From: Promethearchaeota archaeon
GTDB taxonomy: Archaea > Asgardarchaeota > Lokiarchaeia > Sigyniarchaeales > SOKP01
Assembly (NCBI GenBank): GCA_011364925.1
Contig: RDOA01000010.1
Location: 44,216 to 108,215 of the forward strand
Reading direction: 5' to 3'
DNA: 64,000 bases
Part shown: piece after piece, positions 9,163-19,061 of the stretch
Position numbering within the stretch: position 1 is the first letter of the stretch
Layout: each line of letters begins with the position of its first letter
The notes under the pieces: model-generated
The model's input: the letters and a program-made list of their open reading frames with translations, nothing else
Told to the model about the DNA's origin: nothing
Databases searched by the model: none
Position numbers and translations under genes: made by a program

Positions 9163-12100
9163 TCAAATCTTTTCGTCTTTTTTCTTCTTAAAAAGGAGGT
9201 ATCCTAGCACTATTAATGTCAGAACAATTGGAATAAAGATTGTCATTGGATTCTCTCCACTAATTCTAAATATATAGTAAGAAATTGTAATAATTGAAGC
9301 AAAGAAGGCGATGATTGAGCCATACTGGTTAGCAAGGTTTTTTAAACGCCTCATAAACATATAAACGCGAAAATTCATTTTCTTTATGACTTCTAACTCA
9401 TTTTCATTAAGGGATTTTAATATTTCAGGATTTTCGTAGTATAATCCGATCTGGGGATCGAATTTGCCACTTAATTTACCCGCGCTAATAAGTGAGATAA
9501 GATGCTTTTGAATCAACGGTTTTTTTATCTTTAATTCGTTTTGTAAAAAACTAAGGGTAAGATATTCGTTTGCTACAGCTTTCACTGCCATATCTACATA
9601 CGATTTTACGATTGATTCTTCCAAAGTTTTAACCTTTTCTCTTAGGATCTCATTGAATTCCTTGATAAACCGATCAAAGTCATTGATTATGTGTTGATTT
9701 TTGGTATCGAAATTATTAGAGTTTTTGATAAATTCCTTGTATAATTCCTTAATCCTCTTGTTAGTATTTCTAATTTCTTGCTCTATATACTTATTCTTTT
9801 TAGATACTCTAACATAAGCATGTCTGTATTGCTCCGTTTCAATGTAATCCTCTACTCGAGTTTGAAGGGTACCCAATAATTGACTTAGATGAATACTACT
9901 CTTATTTATCGTAGATAGCAATTTACTGCGATTAGTTTCAAGTTTTAACGAATTTATCGTTTCTTCAATTTGTTCCACTTTTTCACTAACAAGTTTTTTA
10001 ATTTCATTCTTCTTCTCTAAATAGAATTCTCTTGCTTCTGGTTCAAATTTTTTGGATTCAAAAGTTTTAGCAATTACTTCTTTAAGCTTTTCTTCTATTT
10101 TATCATCCGTTTGCTTTATTTTTATCTCAACTTTCATAATCCTATTATCGAGAATTTCCTTCATTTTTCCATAAAACTCGACTTTTTCAATATCCTCAGC
10201 TGTCTTTACAAAAGTATTTTCTATATCGATTTTTAAAGCGTTAAACTCGTTAACCATGAAAGATTCTAAATTCTTAAATAAGAGTAAATTTTCATTAATT
10301 TTTTCAATTGCTAATTCGTTGTTTTTCACAATTGCGATTACATTATTGCTCAATTCCTTGTTTTCTAATCGCTTTTCGTCTACATTTAATTCTTTAACCT
10401 TTAAATTATATTGCTCGCTTATTAATTTTTTAAAATTACTCATATCATTAATTCTATTTTGAATTTCTAAAAAATTAACTCCCAATGTTTTGTTTTTTAT
10501 GCATGAGTCGTAAAGCGCCAATAGTTGTCCCACTTTTTCCTGTGTTTGCTTTAATATTCTATTTTCCGTGTAATTTTTTAATTCTCTGTTCTTATGATAT
10601 GCATCCGTGTGAACTATAAGTTCTTTTTTATCTTCAAGTAAATCTCCTTGCAATTTAGAGACATCAATTAATTCTTTTATTCTAGGTATTACAACTTTAC
10701 ATTTTAATTTTAATTTATCAGCAAGCTTCTTTATATCAATCTTATCAGTGTTCTCTTCTTCGCTCATAAGATAAATTTCCTTAGAGATTATTCTATTTAC
10801 ATATTCGTCCTTTAACTTTGATACTTCATTGTTCAAGAAATTATCAAAATTGTTCCACTGAATTATCTTTATATAATTCTCTTCAGATTCATTATTAACG
10901 TCGTTTAAACTTGCTATTTTTTTAGAGAAATTCTTGTTATACTCACTAAATTCTATAATAATTGCATCGAACCCGCTTATCACATCTGGTATTTTATTAA
11001 CACGATTTTGGTCAATGTTAAATTTGTATTTTTCTAATTTATCTTTGAATAGTTGGATTGAATTCGATACATAATCATCAAAATCCTCTATTTTGGCTCG
11101 CTTTCTCTCTTCAATCACTTTTTCTTTTAGAATTTGGACCTGATCTGCGATAAGCTCAATAATGTTTTCCTCTAAGCTGTCCAATTTTTCGTTAAGATAT
11201 TTATAAAGTGGAAAGAGTTTTTGCTTAAAGCTTGTATTTTTCTTTACTAATTGTTTTAATTTGTGAATTTCCTCAGTTTTTTCTTTAAGCAAAATGTCTG
11301 ATTCAGTTTTGATGATCTTGAATGCATCCTGATATTGGTGATTAATGACTTGGTGCTTAGCTTTTTCTTTTATCGTTAATATTCCATATTGGATGTTGTC
11401 TTTAACATTTCCTATGTTTTTATTTAACTCGTTAAAAAATTGAAAGCCATTAGTGTATTCCGCAAAAATAGAATCGAAGTTTTCTTTAAATTCAACCCAT
11501 TTATGAATTATTTTCTTGTGGTTTTTAGCTATTTTATTCTCCTTAGAAGTTATTTGATGAGATACTTTGTAAATGACTCCATCATATTTACTAACAGTTT
11601 GAGAGATTCTATTAAACGCTTGAATAATAAGATCAAATTTTTCCTCATTATATCCTTTATCCAAGACTTCTACAATGTAATTCTTAAAAGAATCTACTTC
11701 ATGATTTATTTTATCTTGGATGTCATATATTTTTGTGTCCAATTCATCTAGTATGATGTTAAATTTCTTTAAACTCTCTTTTTCTTGAATCTCTTCTTGG
11801 AGATAGCTGTTTAATCCATTCAAGTGAGTTTGTAATAAAGAATAGGATTTATTCCATTGCGCTATTTCAGCACCAAGGGTTGCTTGGATATTAATATAAA
11901 TTAATTCTTGGTTGAAAGAGGATTCTATGTTTTCATTTAAGAAATCCGCTTCCATCAATGAATTTCGCAAGACATACTTTAATCTTTCTTTCGCGAAATC
12001 AACTTCATCTATTAGAAGATAAGATTCAATCTCTTCTTTAATTTGTGGAATAGTGTTTCTTAATTTTAATGTCATATTGTAAATGTCGTTTCTTATTTCC

Positions 12101-13575
12101 CTTAATTTAGCCTTTTCTTCGTATAACCTCTCAGTATTAATTTCATTATCAACGATAAGAATCTTTTTGAAAAGGTAATCCAAACAGAAATAATATTTGG
12201 TTTTAAATAAATAAGCTTTTTTTGCTTTAATTTGCCCCTCAAAAAAATGATTGCTTATCATATCATGAATTATTGGGAAAATATCTTCTTTTAATCTTAA
12301 AGATTCTTGTCCATCGGAAGCTCTATACTTTTTAAAAATATCAGAGAGCGGGACTACACTGTTACTATTAAGTTGTCTATAAATTTCTTCAATAATTACT
12401 CTCTTGCCTTGGCTTAAATTTTGAATATATTGGGTGAATTCTTGTGTATTATCAACTTCTTTTAAAGTGAAAGTGTAATTCAAATTGATATATAGCACGA
12501 TTTCCTCTAAACCATGCGTTAATCCAAAGGTACTTTTAACTTGGTTTAAATCGATGAATTTATTCGTTTCTAACTGTTTAAAAACGACTCTTTCAATCTC
12601 TTCAATGAAACGGGTCCAAATTATAGATAATAATATTACAAGTTGAGTTACTTCTCTTAGAATAATCAGATTCCAGCCAGTTGTGGCTCTAAAAATACGA
12701 TCTATTTTTTCCGTAATAAAAGAATACACTCTTGCAGGATTATAATCAATCAACCACGAATAAATGTGGAGAATGTTCACAATCCAGAAAGTTGTGTCAA
12801 CATCTTCTTCTTGGAAAATAAAACTAAACCCACCGCTTTCTTTTTGAAATTGATATAGAAATTGAATTTCTTTATCCTTAACTTCTGAATCTAAATCAAA
12901 GAATTTTAAGCTTAAAAGTTTGAACATTATCGAGGAATCTCTTTTCCTCTCTTTTAAGTACGTGCGAAATTGTTCCTTGAATACTCTAACATCTATTCCG
13001 ATAAGCAGAAGGCTTTCTATAACATAATAAAAAGTTTTTGCTACAGGACCGTCATTGCATTCTTCGCAACCCTTATCAAAACAGTGTAAGAATCCATTAT
13101 TTTTTTTATGCGCATAAATAAAATTCTTCAATTGTCGAACGATAACATCTTCACCCTTGGAGGAAAGATACTCGTTTAACGAACCTAATAATTCAAGACT
13201 GGCTAGAGCGTAATAAAGCGACCAAATATCTGGTTTACCTAACGAAGTTGGAGATGATTTAAAACCTAGTTGATCTTTTTCAATAATCTCAACTTCGCAA
13301 GATTTTATAAGTTTTAAGAAATCCTCACGAAAAACATCAATTTTTTGCTTGAGATATTTTCTAAGCAAAAGAAACCAATAAATGTTGTCCAAGTTTAAAT
13401 TAGACTCTGTAAGTAAGTTCTCATTATAATATCGATACAATTCTAAAACTTTCTCGTAATTACTCAAATAAATGTTCCCAATATCCTTTCTATTTTTTAA
13501 TAAATAGGATTTAAACGGTTCTTTCTTGAATTCCGTAATGTAGGGATATGCGGTCTTATTTTCTACTTGTGTCAA
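9163..13575 (-). CDS. 1470-aa protein: prenyltransferase-like repeats, long coiled coil, PCI/winged-helix-like domains, two C-terminal TM helices
   Basis: PDIWSLYYAL and FQKESGGFS..DVDTTFW repeats; heptad-rich centre; LSFLQNELKIKKPLIQKHLISLISAGKLSGKFD resembles a PCI winged helix. Confidence 0.8.
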   Translation of the reverse strand: MTQVENKTAYPYITEFKKEPFKSYLLKNRKDIGNIYLSNYEKVLELYRYYNENLLTESNLNLDNIYWFLLLRKYLKQKIDVFREDFLKLIKSCEVEIIEKDQLGFKSSPTSLGKPDIWSLYYALASLELLGSLNEYLSSKGEDVIVRQLKNFIYAHKKNNGFLHCFDKGCEECNDGPVAKTFYYVIESLLLIGIDVRVFKEQFRTYLKERKRDSSIMFKLLSLKFFDLDSEVKDKEIQFLYQFQKESGGFSFIFQEEDVDTTFWIVNILHIYSWLIDYNPARVYSFITEKIDRIFRATTGWNLIILREVTQLVILLSIIWTRFIEEIERVVFKQLETNKFIDLNQVKSTFGLTHGLEEIVLYINLNYTFTLKEVDNTQEFTQYIQNLSQGKRVIIEEIYRQLNSNSVVPLSDIFKKYRASDGQESLRLKEDIFPIIHDMISNHFFEGQIKAKKAYLFKTKYYFCLDYLFKKILIVDNEINTERLYEEKAKLREIRNDIYNMTLKLRNTIPQIKEEIESYLLIDEVDFAKERLKYVLRNSLMEADFLNENIESSFNQELIYINIQATLGAEIAQWNKSYSLLQTHLNGLNSYLQEEIQEKESLKKFNIILDELDTKIYDIQDKINHEVDSFKNYIVEVLDKGYNEEKFDLIIQAFNRISQTVSKYDGVIYKVSHQITSKENKIAKNHKKIIHKWVEFKENFDSIFAEYTNGFQFFNELNKNIGNVKDNIQYGILTIKEKAKHQVINHQYQDAFKIIKTESDILLKEKTEEIHKLKQLVKKNTSFKQKLFPLYKYLNEKLDSLEENIIELIADQVQILKEKVIEERKRAKIEDFDDYVSNSIQLFKDKLEKYKFNIDQNRVNKIPDVISGFDAIIIEFSEYNKNFSKKIASLNDVNNESEENYIKIIQWNNFDNFLNNEVSKLKDEYVNRIISKEIYLMSEEENTDKIDIKKLADKLKLKCKVVIPRIKELIDVSKLQGDLLEDKKELIVHTDAYHKNRELKNYTENRILKQTQEKVGQLLALYDSCIKNKTLGVNFLEIQNRINDMSNFKKLISEQYNLKVKELNVDEKRLENKELSNNVIAIVKNNELAIEKINENLLLFKNLESFMVNEFNALKIDIENTFVKTAEDIEKVEFYGKMKEILDNRIMKVEIKIKQTDDKIEEKLKEVIAKTFESKKFEPEAREFYLEKKNEIKKLVSEKVEQIEETINSLKLETNRSKLLSTINKSSIHLSQLLGTLQTRVEDYIETEQYRHAYVRVSKKNKYIEQEIRNTNKRIKELYKEFIKNSNNFDTKNQHIINDFDRFIKEFNEILREKVKTLEESIVKSYVDMAVKAVANEYLTLSFLQNELKIKKPLIQKHLISLISAGKLSGKFDPQIGLYYENPEILKSLNENELEVIKKMNFRVYMFMRRLKNLANQYGSIIAFFASIITISYYIFRISGENPMTIFIPIVLTLIVLGYLLFKKKKDEKI

Positions 13576-13700
13576 CGAAATATAACCCTAAACTTCTTTT
13601 CTATAATAATAAAAATTTTAGAATTTATTTTTTTAGTATTGTTTTTTCTCAGTTGCTCCTAAAAAAGAAAAGAAAGTTGAAATAAAAAGAAAAGATTTAA

Positions 13701-15194
13701 TTATAAAGAGGGATCGCTATTAAAACTCCAAGTTGCACTAATCCCTAAATTATCGTGCATTAAGGGACTTTGAGTAGCTATTAATGGAGCGAATTGTCTC
13801 CAGGGTATAAAATTACTAGCATTATTAAACGCTATAGCCACACTTTTATTTTGATCTAATTGCTCCCAAAATTGATGAAAGAACCACGATCCAGCAAATC
13901 CATCTCCATTGAGATTGTTTATCCAGTACCATGAAAATACATTCGAAGACGAACTCACGAACAATGTGTTTGGTAAGTTATACCAGCTCGAACCGATGTT
14001 TTTATTTTGATTAAGAAAATTACCGCTAAAACAAGAATCCATATTTATCATCATACGCTCACAGGTGATATCATTTACTAAATCGTAAAACTCAAACTCC
14101 GTAATAAAGCTATTATCAGCTTCAAAATGAAATGTAGCGTTTCCATCACCTAAAACTTTGTTTGAACCATGATCAGTCATAAATATGATTAATTGATCTT
14201 TGGAATTGATCCCCGAAGCAAACGAGCCTGAAACTGTTACATTTAACTCTTTTTTAAACCGACTTGCATTGACATCGTTGTTTTCTACATCAATTACTGC
14301 TCCAATTAGATCGTTTAAAATCCCATCTCCTGCTTTTATGTCAATAACAGGATCATTAGTGTGATAAAGCATAAAAAAGATATTATCGTCTGTATATCCA
14401 TGTGATCTTAAAATCCAATATACGTGAAGAGCTTGAGCGGGAAATCCATCTGAATCAATTCTATTTGGAGGAGGATTTGGATCCGTTGGATTAGTAACGT
14501 TGACAGCTATCCATTTGTCTATTTTAACATCATCAAAGTAAAGTTCATCATTGTGAGTCATGTTGCCTTTTACTGATAAAACAAGCTGCATCTCCGTAAT
14601 AATATTACCAGATGCATTATTACATACGCCTGAAACATGTAAAATTTCCCACTGTCCAGCTGTTGTTAATAACCCACTTGACCAATCTGTTCTTATAACT
14701 CCACTTGTACCAAACCACCTTAAACCAACTCGAGCACCGGGATATTGAGCAGCAGTTGGTATAATAAATGTAGGTATATTTACCCAAGCTGACAGATTAT
14801 AATATGCGTATTCTATTAAGCTATGATAATTTGTCCAGTTATATGTGTATTCAAAATTTTGATATCCAATGGAGAAAGGAAAAGCGTTCGCAATCAAGTG
14901 TAAAGCTCCAGGATTTCCGTCCTTACCGGGAACACTATCAGGTCCACCATACATATTAGTTGCATTTGCTACCCATCTACCTGAATCACCACTAAAATTA
15001 GACTGAAAACCAGTATTGAAATCATCCTCTGATTCAGAAGCATAAAAATCATTAGCACTTCCAAGGATTATTGCTTTTCTTACGCCTTGTTGTGATGGAG
15101 GTGTTGTTGGTGGGATGCTTATAAAAATAAAAGCGATTATTATTATCCCTAAGAGCAATATTGCGATAACAGGAAGTATTATTTTCCATTTCAT
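13701..15194 (-). CDS. Membrane-anchored peptidase C13 (legumain/GPI8 family) with an inserted beta-sandwich domain
   Basis: N-terminal TM; YWILRSHGYTDDNI, IIFMTDHGS (catalytic His), INMDSCFSG (catalytic Cys). Confidence 0.82.
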   Translation of the reverse strand: MKWKIILPVIAILLLGIIIIAFIFISIPPTTPPSQQGVRKAIILGSANDFYASESEDDFNTGFQSNFSGDSGRWVANATNMYGGPDSVPGKDGNPGALHLIANAFPFSIGYQNFEYTYNWTNYHSLIEYAYYNLSAWVNIPTFIIPTAAQYPGARVGLRWFGTSGVIRTDWSSGLLTTAGQWEILHVSGVCNNASGNIITEMQLVLSVKGNMTHNDELYFDDVKIDKWIAVNVTNPTDPNPPPNRIDSDGFPAQALHVYWILRSHGYTDDNIFFMLYHTNDPVIDIKAGDGILNDLIGAVIDVENNDVNASRFKKELNVTVSGSFASGINSKDQLIIFMTDHGSNKVLGDGNATFHFEADNSFITEFEFYDLVNDITCERMMINMDSCFSGNFLNQNKNIGSSWYNLPNTLFVSSSSNVFSWYWINNLNGDGFAGSWFFHQFWEQLDQNKSVAIAFNNASNFIPWRQFAPLIATQSPLMHDNLGISATWSFNSDPSL

Positions 15195-15383
15195 TATTTT
15201 CGCACTTTTTTAAACAATTATCTTTTAGTTTAACCAAACTTAATTAGATTTTCTTAAAAGAGAAATAGATGAAATACTAATTTAAATCTTCACATGAAAG
15301 AGATGAACATTTAAAATTTCTCTTTCATTTATGACAATGATTTTGTGCTTAGCTTTAGATATTTATTAGGGGTTTGAATCATT

Positions 15384-16439
15384 ATAGGAACTGATAAAAA
15401 GCAAATAGGGTGGATGTGTAGCTATACTCCACTTGAACTGATCTATGCAGGAGGATTCCTTCCTTATCGCATCATTGGGCATTCTGAACCTCCACAAAAT
15501 GCTGATTCTTACATCCATTCAAATTTCTGTCAGTTTGTAAAGTCTACAATTGACGTAGCGATCAATGGGGGCTATAATTTTCTTGAAGGAGTAGTCTTTG
15601 TAAATTCTTGTGATGCTATGCGGCGCCTTCACGATGTATGGAAACGGTACGTCCCAACAAAGTTCATGCACATATTAGACATTCCAATGGGGACCTTATC
15701 CTTAGGAAAGCATTATCTCAAAGAAGAATTTAACAAACTCAGAATTGCGCTTGAAAATTACGCGTCAATTACAATTAATGATCAAGATATAGTAAATGCC
15801 ATTGAGCTACTTAACGAATCTCGTTTATTATACAACCAATTAAATTCCTTAAGAACAGAAAATCCTCCTAAAATAACAGCAACTGAATTAATGAACCTTA
15901 CTTCGAATTTCTTTAAAACGGACCCAAAAAATTGGAATGAGAAAACTAAAGGTCTTTTAGATAAAATTAACACATATCCTAATGTTCAAACTAGAAGTAA
16001 TAATCCTAGGGTTCTCCTATCGGGGAGTCCTTTACATGAAATAAACTTCATCTCTTTTATTGAAGATATTGGATTAAATGTGGTTTACGAGGATCTCTGT
16101 ACCGGCAGTAAATTTTTTGATCTAATCATAAACGATTCTAAAGATATATTAGGCTCATTGAGCGAAGCGTATTTAAATAGAACTCCATGCGCTCGAATGA
16201 TGAAACTTAAGGAGAGAGCCGATCAAATCTATAAAAACGCAAAAAAGTTCAAGGTAGATGGAATAATACATCATTCCTTAAAATTTTGCGATACTTACCT
16301 ATACGATGTCCCCGCGTTGAAAGCTTTATTGACTGAAAAAGGTTTAAATGTGTTATTCATAGAAAGTGATGGTGGACTAGGGAATATTAATCAAATTCGA
16401 ACCCGTATCGAGGCGTTTTCTGAGATTATAAAAAATTAA
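15384..16439 (+). CDS. 2-hydroxyacyl-CoA dehydratase subunit (HgdB/FldC-like)
   Basis: CSYTPLELIYAGG, NSCD, DLCTG, LKFCD, TRIEAF; the family-typical KQIGW lies upstream of the ATG at 15414, so the start is probably ATT 15381 or ATA 15384. Confidence 0.88.
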   Translation: MGTDKKQIGWMCSYTPLELIYAGGFLPYRIIGHSEPPQNADSYIHSNFCQFVKSTIDVAINGGYNFLEGVVFVNSCDAMRRLHDVWKRYVPTKFMHILDIPMGTLSLGKHYLKEEFNKLRIALENYASITINDQDIVNAIELLNESRLLYNQLNSLRTENPPKITATELMNLTSNFFKTDPKNWNEKTKGLLDKINTYPNVQTRSNNPRVLLSGSPLHEINFISFIEDIGLNVVYEDLCTGSKFFDLIINDSKDILGSLSEAYLNRTPCARMMKLKERADQIYKNAKKFKVDGIIHHSLKFCDTYLYDVPALKALLTEKGLNVLFIESDGGLGNINQIRTRIEAFSEIIKN

Positions 16440-16472
16440 ATAGAAAGGTGGAATAAAATAATCACAAGTAGC

Positions 16473-17678
16473 ATGTTAGAGAAATATTTTACCCAATTGG
16501 AAGCTAGTTTAAAAGCAAAACTTGAAGCAAAAGCCACTGCCCGTAGAAAATTTGTTTACGAAATAGCACGAATTGGAACGAGGATATTTGACGACAATTG
16601 GTCAATTGGTTGGACAACGGTATTTGTTCCATACGAAATCCTTACTTCGATGGGCGTTTCCGGTATGTTTGTCGAATTCTTTGGTGCAATGCTCGCGGGA
16701 ACTGGCATGTCAAGTAAGTATCTTGAACTCTCGGAGAGTAAAGGTTTTTCTACCGATAGCTGTTCTTATCATAGAACTATTATTGGGGCTGCTCTGGATG
16801 GACTCTTACCTGAACCAGATGTGCTTATTGGGGCAAGTATTCCATGTAATGGTGGAGTTAAAGCCTTAAAGCGCATTGGGGAAATCTTTAATAAGGAGGT
16901 ATTCATTTTGAACATTCCAATTGATATAACTCCAAAATCGGTCGATTACTTAACCGAGCAATTTGAGCAGATGATTGAATACATTGAAAACGAAACTGGT
17001 CGAAAATTAGACTACAATAAGCTTAAAAATTCAATTAGGTACAACAACGAAGCAAGAGAATACCTTGTAGAATTAAACAAATTATGTATGAATGTCCCAA
17101 GTCCTGCAAATTCAAATGATCTAAAAAATTTCATCATGATTGTATTACTCTTAGGAACAAAAGAAAGCGTAGAAGTCGCAAAATTATATCGGGACGAGTT
17201 TAAATCTCGAATTGAGCATGATTTAAAGGGAGCGACTGAAGAGAAATACCGTTTAATGTGGATTCAAAATAGAATTCAGTTTAAAACAGATATTTTAAGT
17301 ATTTTAGAAGAAAAATATGGCGCAAAAATAGTAATTGATGAACTCAATCATATATGGTGGGATTCTATGGATGAAAGCGACCCTTTAAGAAGCCTTGCGA
17401 AACGTATAATAACTCATCCCTTAGTCGGTCCAGCTGAAAGGCGACTCGAAGTTATTACCCAATTAGCACGGGACTATAAAATAGATGGCGCAATTAACCC
17501 TGCCCATTGGGGATGCCGCCAGTCCGCTGGTGCTAGAGTATTATTTAAAGACGCCCTTCAAAAAATAGGAATTCCGCTTATTCATTTAGATGTAGATTGT
17601 GTAGACGAAAGGAACTACGCACAGGGACAAATTATGACTCGCTTGGAAGCGTTTTTAGAAATGCTCTCGACCTACTAA
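16473..17678 (+). CDS. 2-hydroxyacyl-CoA dehydratase subunit (HgdA/FldB-like)
   Basis: DSCSYHR, IPCNG, HWGCRQ, DCVDERN, TRLEAFLEML; co-directional with the previous subunit. Confidence 0.9.
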   Translation: MLEKYFTQLEASLKAKLEAKATARRKFVYEIARIGTRIFDDNWSIGWTTVFVPYEILTSMGVSGMFVEFFGAMLAGTGMSSKYLELSESKGFSTDSCSYHRTIIGAALDGLLPEPDVLIGASIPCNGGVKALKRIGEIFNKEVFILNIPIDITPKSVDYLTEQFEQMIEYIENETGRKLDYNKLKNSIRYNNEAREYLVELNKLCMNVPSPANSNDLKNFIMIVLLLGTKESVEVAKLYRDEFKSRIEHDLKGATEEKYRLMWIQNRIQFKTDILSILEEKYGAKIVIDELNHIWWDSMDESDPLRSLAKRIITHPLVGPAERRLEVITQLARDYKIDGAINPAHWGCRQSAGARVLFKDALQKIGIPLIHLDVDCVDERNYAQGQIMTRLEAFLEMLSTY

Positions 17679-17745
17679 CTTTATCAATTATAGAAGTGCC
17701 AAAAATAGGTTAAAAAAAAGAGTGTTAAATTACTATTGATTTTTA

Positions 17746-18987
17746 TTAATATTCTTCATCCTTTATTTTTGAGGGAATTTCTTTTACTTGGCGGGCAATG
17801 TCTTTCGCTACTGATTCCCCTTTTTCCAATTCTTCCTTAGTAGGATGACCCTTAAATGTAATTGGTTCAATAATATCCCATTTCATATTTTCCGATAACT
17901 TTTCGAAGTCTCTTTGCGCTCCACCACTCCATCCAAATGAGCCAAAGTATAACACCTTTTTGTAGTATACATGCTTCTTTTGAAGTAATTCCATGAAATT
18001 CTTCATCGGTGGAAACATACTATATTCGTATGTTGGACATCCAATTATCAAACCTGCTGACTTGTATGCGCTTGCTAAAATGTACGAAGGATCTTCGTGA
18101 GGAACACGATGAACATTCATAGACACACCCTCACTTGCGATTCCTCTCAAAACTGAAGTTAACATCTTTTCGGTATTTCCATACATACTACCCCAAACAA
18201 CGCATATTTCAGGTTCCGCAAAATCTTGATTGTAATTAGCATACCGGAGATACTTCCTTACGACCACATCTGGGCTACTCCTCCATACTAAACCGTGAGA
18301 GGGGGCAATCGTTTTTATGTCTAAATCAGATAATGAATTTATTGCCTTTATTACATTAGGAGAAAACATAGCTATTATATTCGCATAATAACGTAGCATT
18401 TCACTTTCCCAATAAGGTTTTACAACTTCTGAAGTCTCATCGTCAAAAATACTACCTCTATGAACCCCAAATGCTCCAAACGCATCTCCCGCGAACAAAA
18501 TCTTGGATTCTTTTTCGTAGGTAACCATCGTTTCTGGCCAATGTACGTGAGGAATCTCAAAAAATTGTAGTGTTTTTCCCTTCCCTAAATCTAATTCATC
18601 ACCAGTTTTTACACTCATTACCTTATCCTTAATACCGTAAAAACCATCAACTAAATCTGAGCCTTTTTGTGTTGTCACAATTTCTGCATTAGGTGCTATA
18701 GACCGCAATATATAAGTAAATCCAGTATGATCCGGTTCAAGATGGTTTAAGATGATATAATCAATTTTGTTAGGTTCTATCGAAAGAGACTTGAGATTTT
18801 CCAAAAATGTAAGTGCAGCTCCTCCCCATTCCCTTACAAGTTCGACAATAGCAACTTTTTCTCCTTTAATGGCATATGCATTAAGCGCTACACCATTAGG
18901 AATGGGCCATATACCTTCAAATAAGTCTTCTGTATGAACATTTGCCCCAATCCAATGTATATCTTTTGCTAATTTAATAGGGACCAT
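17746..18987 (-). CDS. fprA: Flavodiiron protein (FprA, O2/NO reductase)
   Basis: NHLEPDH, HWPET, GDAFG, PSHG diiron ligands; flavodoxin domain SMYGNT, FGSFGWSG. Confidence 0.93.
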   Translation of the reverse strand: MVPIKLAKDIHWIGANVHTEDLFEGIWPIPNGVALNAYAIKGEKVAIVELVREWGGAALTFLENLKSLSIEPNKIDYIILNHLEPDHTGFTYILRSIAPNAEIVTTQKGSDLVDGFYGIKDKVMSVKTGDELDLGKGKTLQFFEIPHVHWPETMVTYEKESKILFAGDAFGAFGVHRGSIFDDETSEVVKPYWESEMLRYYANIIAMFSPNVIKAINSLSDLDIKTIAPSHGLVWRSSPDVVVRKYLRYANYNQDFAEPEICVVWGSMYGNTEKMLTSVLRGIASEGVSMNVHRVPHEDPSYILASAYKSAGLIIGCPTYEYSMFPPMKNFMELLQKKHVYYKKVLYFGSFGWSGGAQRDFEKLSENMKWDIIEPITFKGHPTKEELEKGESVAKDIARQVKEIPSKIKDEEY

Positions 18988-19061
18988 TTATAATCAATCA
19001 TTTTTATTTTTTATTATATTCAATTTTATATTTTTTTTATTCTAAAATAAATTATAGTTTT

